The position numbers and the translations under genes were made by a program. From assembly GCA_046563655.1 (NCBI GenBank), contig CM102288.1, positions 1,364,001-1,428,000 on the forward strand: a stretch of 64,000 nt of DNA, in the 5' to 3' direction. Position 1 is the first letter of the stretch; the number at the start of each line of letters is the position of its first letter. Under the pieces are notes generated by a model. That model did no database searches. It worked only from the letters and a program-made list of their open reading frames with translations, and had not been told where the DNA came from. The DNA is from Yuukianura sp. NJ FZ-2021 (Eukaryota). Below, in pieces: positions 54,199 through 64,000 of the stretch.

Positions 54199-54447
54199 GG
54201 TGTTGAGCAGCAGCATTCCAGACTTAAACGCTCATACTGAATACTGCCTTGCTTTGGCTCAAAAAATGCATATCATGGATTTAGTTTGTGTAATTCAAGG
54301 AAAAATGGGAAAATCTAGGTGAACATTTAATTCAAGTTATAAAGAATTGCGAAATTAAATAGTAACAAGAAAAACGAATTGTACTAAATTAAGAAATAAG
54401 TAATTAATAAATGATAAAGACATCGACGAAGTTACCGTAGTGTTGGA

Positions 54448-55017
54448 TTAGTAGCGGTACTTGGTAGAGTAATCCTTGGGCGAAACAACCAAACCACGAC
54501 CTTTCCTTGCACCACGGTACACAGTCTCCAGGATATCAATCATTTCTTGCTTATCTTCCAGTGCCCAGTTGATTTTGTTATTGTTTCCTGTTCCGAGATC
54601 GATCATAATATGTTTGTTCCGGAAGAAGAACATAACAGTACATGGGTCGTACAACTCGTACCTAATAAGAGAAAACAAACGTTTTAAATTCACATTATCC
54701 CCAAATCCTTATTGCAAATCACTTGACTTACATTTTATTGAAGTCCGGAACTTCCGTGATGTCCACCAAGTACACGACAGCATAATTCTTCACTTTTTCT
54801 GCAATCCCGTACAGGATTTCGTCAAACTTCATACAAGTGGGATCCCAATCGTGTCCAAATCTAATAACCTGTGGAGAAACAATGAATAATGAATTAGTAC
54901 GTACTACATATGGCCAATTCATTTTGACATTTGACTTACCACAACGCGATCTTCCTCGCTAAGAATGGCTTGATCAACTTGCCAGCCATTGTGGAGATGA
55001 GGTAACATGTACGACAT
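54448..55017 (-). CDS. TXNL4A: Spliceosomal U5 snRNP protein DIM1 / thioredoxin-like 4A (3 exons)
   Basis: MSYMLPHLHNGWQVDQAILSEEDRVV|VIRFGHDWDPTCM...VPDFNKM|YELYDPCTVMFFFRNKHIMIDLGTGNNNKINW...SPKDYSTKYRY. Confidence 0.98.
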
Positions 55018-55679
55018 TGTTCACTCTTTTTTTGAACACTCAAGTCAAGGTAAACACTGCTAGAAACACCGAAACGTCGTCGCAAACTAACCTTTGACCT
55101 TCTCGTTGTCGTTGTCCCGTAGCACTTAAATTCTAATCAGCTGATTGATGAATGAATTCAATTAATTAAAAATCAGACTGACGAGGACGAGAGGACGACT
55201 GACTGACTGCTGTGCAACTAACAAAAGAAAGACTTTTCAATGAAAAGTTTTCATTTTAAATTTTTATTTTCGATTTCCCAAATTTTTAAGAATTTGAACT
55301 TCCCGCGAATTAAATTGTCCGAATTTTTTATGTTGAACTTTTTGTGTTGAGCGGGAACATTTAAAAATGTAAACAATAACAAATAAAGGACACTTCTAAG
55401 AAAAGAATTTACACAATTAGGAATTTGACCTCTTGACCTCTTACTTTCGCATAACCGTGCACCGTCACATTCTGTACTTTTCCATACCTTGTCAGTTGGT
55501 AGAACGGGAGTTAAACTTCAGATAAGTACGTAAACCAACAATCGGTGATCTAATAATATCTAAACTTAGTTCAAATTTTATCTTTTGTCCATCCTTGCAG
55601 GAATTTCCAGTGGTGATCAACCCAATGCTGAAATCGTGAACACATTGCTGATTATATTCTCCAAATCCTGCTGACGAAG

Positions 55680-56504
55680 ATGCATCTTCGAATTCAGACT
55701 CAACAACTTCTTAGAACATGGTCCAGGACTTGTTACGGCACTACTGCTACCACACTGGTTCCAAATTCCAGGATTTTCACCAAATGCGGCAGCACTTCCT
55801 TTGACAAGTCTGACGTCAACATGAGTACACTGGCAATGCGACTCATCATGTCAGATTCAAAGACATCCAGGCCTTCAACTTTAGTCACTTGCTGCTGGAA
55901 CTGCAAAAGCCAAGTAAAAACTCCAATTAGCGAGTTCCCCGGTTCATGTCACTGTTGCGGCTGTCTACAAAGATACTCGAAGGATCAAGTGCCTGATTAC
56001 TTTACGCTTCTGGGTCAAGAACGACAAGACTTCAATGTCAACTTGGCTTCACTGTCCATCAACATGAAAAACCTGCAGCGTCAACTCCATCCAGACTTAT
56101 TTGGTGGGAAACCCAAGCAGGAGCAGGAAGTCAGTCAAGAACTCTCCTCGCTAGTCAATACAGCAATCGTTACCCTCCAGAATCCAATCCAAAGAGCCAT
56201 CTACCTTCTATCTCTTCGTGGCGTTGACCTTGATCTGGAGAAGCAGCAGACACTGGACCCAGAATTCTTGTCTGAAATGATGGAACTCAATGAAGATCTT
56301 GAGAGTCTGTCAACAGCAGATCAATGGAGGAATTTCCGGAAGAAGAACAAAGAAGTGCTGGATAATCTTGAAAAAGAGTTGGGAGAAGCTTTTGAAAAGG
56401 ATGATTTGCATGGTGCTCAACGAATTCTGTCTAGAATGAAGTACTACGAAAACATGGGCCTCAAACTAAAAGAGATACAGAGCAAGTTTAACGTCGTTGA
56501 CTAA
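55680..56504 (+). CDS. HSCB: Mitochondrial Fe-S cluster co-chaperone HscB/Hsc20 (single coding exon; 5' UTR intron ~55526-55600)
   Basis: Presequence-like N-terminus, CWNC...CHCC tetracysteine motif, J domain with HPD (LQRQLHPD), LQNPIQRAIYLL, DPEFLSEMMELNE, RMKYY. Confidence 0.95.
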   Translation: MHLRIQTQQLLRTWSRTCYGTTATTLVPNSRIFTKCGSTSFDKSDVNMSTLAMRLIMSDSKTSRPSTLVTCCWNCKSQVKTPISEFPGSCHCCGCLQRYSKDQVPDYFTLLGQERQDFNVNLASLSINMKNLQRQLHPDLFGGKPKQEQEVSQELSSLVNTAIVTLQNPIQRAIYLLSLRGVDLDLEKQQTLDPEFLSEMMELNEDLESLSTADQWRNFRKKNKEVLDNLEKELGEAFEKDDLHGAQRILSRMKYYENMGLKLKEIQSKFNVVD

Positions 56505-56746
56505 AAACAATGTAGGAAATAGTTGAAAGTTCCATAGAAAGTTAAGTTTATCTCCGCCGGGATTCCTGAGTCATGAACCAGAACCAATTGCGGGTATTTT
56601 TCAATTGCAACTTACCGAGATTGAATTTATTTCGGTCTGACCCTGACTAATAAAATCAAAATCATCATATAAATATACTTTTTAACTTTCTGCTTCTGAT
56701 GGAATTATTGAGAATTCAGCCTCGATTTATGGGAACTTTAGACACT

Positions 56747-59159
56747 TCATGCCACGTGACTCAACCAATTGACGATGCCTTTGACATCAGCTTCCTCACC
56801 AGTGGTTGTTCCTTCAGCAAATTCGACCTAGTATGTGCCAAAACGTTAATTAATCAGATTACAATTACTGTAATTACAAGATGCTTTGTAAGGAATTTTT
56901 AAGTTTAGTAGTTTTTACAACTTACCTTTATGGGCAAAAGTTGATCAAATTCAAAATCACGGTCGGATTTTCCAAGAACCTTGGTTTGGGAACTGGCATT
57001 TCCACCGATAGTTTTCAAACTGGCGGACTTGGTAAGACGAAGAGTGGTTCTAAAAAGTAATTGAAGAATCAATTATTACAAACTGGACAACAAAGAAACT
57101 TTCATATTTTCTTTTGAATTCCATACATTTCACGTTCCAACTGAAGTCGAAGTACTTTAGGAGCTTTGGCAGTGGGTAGATCTTGCTTGTTAGCAAAAAT
57201 AAGTACGTTCGGCTTGACGGAATTGACAATCGGATCAGTAAGAACCTCGTACAATACTTCTGCGGCATCTCGAATAGCCTTGTTTCCTCCAGCAGCGTCA
57301 ATGACACAAATGATTCCTCTCACTCCAACTTTATTTTCATCCCAAAACTTCATCCGAACTTTCTCGTGACCCGGGAGATCTTTGAGCAGAAGTGGTGCTA
57401 CAATCTTGTCTGGTACTTCGTACTCTGTTACGTTCGGAGCAGTTGATGTCACAGTTTCCATGTCTTTTCCAAATCCAAGACGAAGGTAGATTGCTGTCTT
57501 GCCACTTTCAGATGGACCAACAATCAAAATGGAACGTCCTTTCTTCTTGTTACGAATGTAGAAGAACACTGAAAAGAAAAGATAAAGTTTCATTTTTTAG
57601 CAGCCATTTTTTAACATTTTCAGCTAAAGTAAAACATTTTCAAAAAAAAGAAGAAATGTTTCATGTTCATAACATTACATAAGACGCTAAACGCCATGCC
57701 CTCTTTTGAGAGTGCATAGAACCAAGTTCCATTTCGTTCGCATTACGTTCTCAGCCCTATAAAAGGCTTGGACGTCCTGGTCCTCTGTGCCATTCCGATT
57801 TGAGACACAGAAGGAGCAACATCAACTTCAACCCAGCTGCACATCAAGCGCTCAAACATTCAAAGAACTAAAGATCCAGTACAAATTCAGCGATTTTCAA
57901 CAACTACCACTGTCGATCATCGAATCATCCAAGTCACCGCGTCACGACAACTGCTGCAGCGATTATGATTACCCACGATCAGTCACCTGAATTGGAACCA
58001 TTCCATTTTACACAAAACGTTGTCGAAACGTCGGAAGACTCAGATGACGAAGCCAACGAAAACAACGACGAAATCGGAATGGCCGAAGATATGGACATGG
58101 AAAACGATGAATATGAAGACGCTTCAGACTTAAGCGATGAATTTTGGCCGGATGACCATGACATAATGGAAAACATTGAAAACGTAGGTCTTCATTTCCA
58201 TTCGCCACCAAGCAATGTTTTCCAGCTATCGCTGTACTACGAACTAGTTCCGACTGTTGCCAACCAACACTCTGGGCTGCTCAAAATCAGCGTAGGAACA
58301 ACCAATGTCGCTCAGCCTACGATTCCACGCCAACCTCAAACAGCCGGAGTCCTAACCGGAAGAAATCCAGCGATGTTCCATGCCGTAAGTGCTAACAGAG
58401 CACGGGAAGAAGCTGTTGCTGCGACTGGATCACGAGCAAGACTTGATATGATCGGAGTCATGGGGTCAACTGGTCCATTGAAAACGACGATTGGTAGCTT
58501 GGCCAACTTCAACACCAGTATCTGGTCCATCGTCAGTCAGCATGATCAGCGTCAACGGCAAGCTTTGAAACTGACTGGACACTTGGTACGAGCCGAAAAT
58601 GAAGCAGTCCCAGTCTATCCGAATGGCTCAAGTTTGAATCATGTCCAAGAAGTGTTGCTCCAGAAAATCGTCATCACTGGCCGTTTTGTCCAGAGTTTAC
58701 TCCTAGCGGGATTTGCATCAGCTGAAACAGCGATTGAGTTTCAAGATTTGATTGGACGCTGCATTATGACGCTCGTATGGGAATGTGTCCTGGATTCGTC
58801 GGAATCAACGGCCACGGCGCTAAGAATCTTTGAAGAATTCGTCCAAGTCAGAATCTTGAACAACTTGCGACGTGAAGATACTACAACTACGTCAAGGTTT
58901 GAGGTAAATTTGTAAATGAGTTTTGTGAAAGTAGCTCATCGCTTATCCCAGTTCCGATTCCGATCATACATAAATCATTCAGACATTTAAAATTATAATG
59001 AATTTTGAGAATTTTTGAAATGAACTTACTAATTGTCAAAAAAACGATTATGACCGAGAATAGAACTCCCACGAGCACAGGATTTCCTATTTGTCCAGCC
59101 GTAGGTCCACTGGATTTGCTACCATCAGCAGTATCCATCTTGCGTTTTGCGTCCGCCAT
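56747..59159 (-). CDS. SRPRB: Signal recognition particle receptor subunit beta (4 exons)
   Basis: Exons 59159-59030, 57568-57127, 57049-56926, ~56827-56747. N-terminal TM segment, G1 GPSESGKT, G3 DLPGH, G4 NKQD, LEREITTLRLTKSA, DFEFDQL. Confidence 0.93.
57758..57764 (+). promoter_or_regulatory. TATA box of the nested ORF
   Basis: cTATAAAAgg about 200 nt upstream of ATG 57965, with an initiator-like CCATTC about 30 nt downstream. Confidence 0.55.
57965..58915 (+). CDS. Uncharacterised intronless 316-aa protein with acidic N-terminus, nested antisense in SRPRB intron 1
   Basis: 951-nt ATG-initiated ORF with coding-like GC content inside an otherwise AT-rich intron; upstream TATA box; no recognised domain. 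Confidence 0.7.
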   Translation: MITHDQSPELEPFHFTQNVVETSEDSDDEANENNDEIGMAEDMDMENDEYEDASDLSDEFWPDDHDIMENIENVGLHFHSPPSNVFQLSLYYELVPTVANQHSGLLKISVGTTNVAQPTIPRQPQTAGVLTGRNPAMFHAVSANRAREEAVAATGSRARLDMIGVMGSTGPLKTTIGSLANFNTSIWSIVSQHDQRQRQALKLTGHLVRAENEAVPVYPNGSSLNHVQEVLLQKIVITGRFVQSLLLAGFASAETAIEFQDLIGRCIMTLVWECVLDSSESTATALRIFEEFVQVRILNNLRREDTTTTSRFEVNL

Positions 59160-59982
59160 GATTCGATCCTAATCAATTTCAAATTCAAACCAATTGGTTC
59201 AATTAATCAATCCTACAAGTTCATCTAATCGTATAACTAATAATTAATGATTTTATCGTTCCTTACAGCAGCAAAACAATGAACACGCAGTATTCAATCC
59301 TTGTTGAGATGAGCAATTAACAATTAACGGACCAACAGAGTCCAGGTCAACGAACTTTTCCTTCGTCCAGCCCGTGTCTCTCGGTGACAGATGATTTTTA
59401 CGCTCCCGTTATTACGAGTCGGTCTGGTACGCACACTTTGCACTTTCGCAATTTGAATTTTTGCACATTTTTAAATGAACTTTACGCGCTTTTGAGTTGA
59501 ACCAAAAATTACATTGCGTTCACCAACTTCGCCCAACCCATCATTGATGTGCATGTGAAGTAGACTAGTTTAATTAACTGTTCAAAGACACAAGCTGTCT
59601 TAACTAATTACTTTAATTGACTTTCGTTGAAATGAACTATCAACTAGTATTTTATCACAGCAGTTGTACTCGAAACAACTAAAATTTTTTTTTTAAATTT
59701 AATGATTTGCCTATCCATGTATGGTGCTCTGTATTGAATCGAAACACGATTTTTGTGTAAAAGTCAGAAAACACAAAAAACAAATGAACTTTCCCTTATC
59801 GCATAACGGAATTTTAATTTCTCAAACCACAGACTAATTAATTAAGTTTTCAATTAAACTAATTGACAGTTCTAGTTTTTCCTCAAAAAGAATCACAAGC
59901 GAGTAAGTCCAGTAATCTCAAAAATCTGGGTAATGAACTGACTTTCCCTAATTTATCCTCTTTTCTTCGTTTAGAACCTGAA

Positions 59983-60437
59983 ATGGATGAGGAGAATTCA
60001 CAAGACGATGGAGAGATGACCCCGAATTCTCGCGTAGAAGAAACGTTGACCTTGGATCCGTCCAGGAAGAGACTCTTTTCAAAGGAACTGAGATGCATGA
60101 TGTATGGATTTGGGGATGATCAGAATCCTTATACTGAAAGTGTGGACCTCCTTGAAGACATGGTCATTGAATACATCGCTGAAGTTGTAAGTCTGACTAC
60201 CGAATGCCCTGAATACGCTTGTTAATCGTGTAGTGTGTTTATTTTGCGATTTCTGTTTTACAGACACACAAGGCAATGGAAGTTGGGAAAACTGGTCGAG
60301 TACAAGTAGAGGATATCCTGTTCTACGTTAGAAAGGATCCGAGGAAGTACGCTCGAGTCAAAGATCTACTAAACATGAACGAAGAACTGAAGAAGGCAAG
60401 GAAGGCCTTTGATGAGGTCAAGTACGCCGGAACTTAA
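59983..60437 (+). CDS. TAF13: TFIID subunit 13 (2 coding exons; 5' UTR intron ~59903-59974)
   Basis: Exons 59983-60186 and 60264-60437; RKRLFSKELRCMMYGFGDDQNPYTESVDLLED...GRVQVEDILFYVRKDPRKYARVKDLLNMNEELKKARKAFDE. Confidence 0.97.
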
Positions 60438-60584
60438 CTCGTACATGAACTTTCTTCTTTTCCATCTTAATTACCTATAATTTCAATAACCTTATGACAT
60501 AATTAAGTTTAAATAAGATATTTAGTCCGCATTCATTCCCAAATCGGTGCTTCATTGTTTATTTCACCCGTTAGTTTCATCTGT

Positions 60585-61631
60585 TTAGTCTGATTTTGGT
60601 TTGAGACGTCTTTCAAGACTTTGTTCCCAAACGGCTTGAGCTAGGACGGCACCCACCGTTTCTCCAATCCAGTACACCAGGAAGTGCTCCGCCGGAGTAC
60701 TGCCGAAGCATCCGAACTGTGTTGCCGTCGCAAGTACCGAGTTGTAGTAACCTCCCGAAACGTTCAGTGCTGCAATTCAGAAATTTTTTCAAACATTTCG
60801 TTTTCAGAATTTTTTTTTAAATTTGAACCTGCAACGACGAGAGCAGTCCCAACAAATGCTTCTGCAAATGCTGTCGTCTTTTCTCCAAATCGTGTTGCTA
60901 CGATGTTTCCAGTCAGTAGCGTAATGAACACGCCTGCGCCTTCAACAATGGCGGCCACTGGGACAGGTGACTGAAATTTTTTTAAAATTTACTCATTTTC
61001 AAAAAATTTTCAAAAATTTCATGAATTTTGTTCTGGACAGATCGGAGCTGCTGGAGAAAAATGTCAACTTGGATACTTGTCCAGCATACCTGGATGTCGG
61101 AGTAACAAATTCCTTCTGCTATTTTGTCAACATGGAGTTGTCCATATCCAGTTTGCCACAGTGGTTTTGTGTAATACTGGTAGAACATGAGACCACCAGC
61201 GATTTGAGCAGGAATCACAACGGCCAAAGTGGTCAACGGTGTTTGGCCAAACACAAAGTTCACAACTTGGGTGTACGGAGCTGCCGTGGCGCCGTTCCAG
61301 GTCAACGTCCACCAAGCAGACGCCAGGAACAGGTACAACGCATAGAGCAGCGTGCCAAATGGGTACTCAAATACTGCAACAAGAGTCATAACTCAGCAAG
61401 GTCAAAGGTCAACTCCAAAATTTTAAAATTTCAACTTAAAATCTTACAAATGTTAATTTCATAACAAATTGCACAGAGTTCAAACGCTGCTATGAATTCC
61501 TGGACGGCGGTGTCCAGCAACGGCCAGGCTGGTTCCACCAAAAACCGACTCACTCTGCGTCCAACTTCGGCTAAACTTAGCGTAGCGACATAATAAACGG
61601 TGGTCACTAGAATGTCTGGAGCTAGTGACAT
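60585..61631 (-). CDS. Unorthodox (AQP11/AQP12-like, 'super') aquaporin, 4 exons
   Basis: EFIAAFELCAICYE, TWNGATAAPY (loop B), QIAGG, EGICYSDIQ, GTALVVAALNVSGGYYNSVLATA (loop E), EHFLVYWIG; exons 61631-61448, ~61373-61090, ~60971-60829, ~60769-60585. Confidence 0.85.
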
Positions 61632-62786
61632 TTTTAAAATCCAAAAATTTTGAAAACTTAGTTTAGTTTGAAAAATTTAAACTGAATTTAAAAAGAAATC
61701 AACAAATAAGTGGAGTAAATAACGCTTCCTAGCCATACTTTGATTTTGTTCTAAAATTCTACCAACATCCTCTCCACTCTGTTCTAATGAACTTGAAAAT
61801 GTAAAAAATTGGAGCTCGTATAAATTTTCTTGGCATACGGAATGGTTACATTGGATTCGCACTCGGTCCAAACTTCCTTTGCAAATTTTATTTTTAGAAC
61901 AAGGTGTTTGTTCAGAACAGGATCTCATGTCGCTAACATTTGAGATTAAAAAAACAAATCTAAATTAAAACGCTCCACTTCCGTCCAGCCCAGATAATTT
62001 CTCAAGTTTCGAATCCAGGACAACTTGGATTGACCTTTGATCTAACTCTACAATTCTAAAAAGTTTTGAAAATTTTGAAAAACTAAAAGAATTGCTAACA
62101 TTTTGATTCTGTTTTTAGTTTTTCAGTATTTTAGTTTTGAACATTACGTAAACACATTGACTTTACTCGATGCCGTTCACACAAAAATTCTAAGTTTATG
62201 TTGTATTATTAATTTTTTTTCCTAAAGTTCAGAAAATTTTTAAATTCTGTGGCATTTATGCTAGGTTTTTCAAAATTCAAAGAGTATATTTCAAATTTTC
62301 GAATTTTTTTGTTTTTCGATGTTTTTCTAATTCTGTACAGGTAAAATCTGAGATGCTTAGAAGATGAAGAGTGAAAGATGCCAAGATTCCTTGTCAATTT
62401 TTCTGCAGAATTCGACTTTCCCATTGTCTTTTTTTTGTCTTTTTTATGGACTTTTGACTTTTGCTGTTTGTCTGACGCCCACTTACAAACTTCACACTTA
62501 GCACTTTTTAGACAAGTCGATCCCTCAGACAAAAAATCAACTGCTAATTCCCTATTGTACACCATACTAATACACTTATGCTATGAACATACAGAGTACA
62601 TCTCACAGTACTTACTCAACTACAACATACACAACCCTAAACTTATACCAAAATTACTCACACCTTACTCATCTTACTCACAATTTACAAGGTTTAAGAT
62701 TTTAGTTTAAGGTTGAATATTTTTTGAATACGTTTTTAGAACAGAATTCTATAAACAAATCGCTTCTTTTTTGAAAAATTTGTATC

Positions 62787-64000
<1,214 letters not shown>

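Noticed and set aside
55671..55697. CTGACGA-stem-GAA resembling a hammerhead ribozyme core; 16-bp palindrome CGAAGATGCATCTTCG over the HSCB ATG
   Set aside because: GAAT instead of GAAA and no stems I/III; the palindrome alone is short enough to be chance.

Overview
Eukaryotic, intron-rich, AT-rich genomic DNA, most likely from an arthropod with a compact genome (short introns of about 50-100 nt with CTAAY branch points; the species cannot be determined from the sequence). The window has two zones. Bases 1-41.7k are gene-sparse and hold one large multi-exon C2H2 zinc-finger transcription-factor gene (11321-38777) with a MITE in an intron and a duplicated ~550-bp repeat downstream. Bases 41.7-64k are a tightly packed housekeeping cluster: SEC62, cyclin L, a ZAD-like zinc-finger gene, PTGR1-like, DIM1/TXNL4A, HSCB, SRPRB (with an orphan intronless ORF nested antisense in intron 1), TAF13, an unorthodox AQP11/12-type aquaporin and p38 MAPK (truncated by the window end). 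The standout observation is a decayed DD37E IS630-Tc1-mariner transposon inserted in the middle of a conserved coding exon of cyclin L. Its terminal inverted repeats supply a GT donor and an AG acceptor that would splice it out in frame, making it a candidate full-length 'introner' / transposon-derived intron. All exon structures were derived by eye from splice signals and remembered protein homology, not from RNA data.
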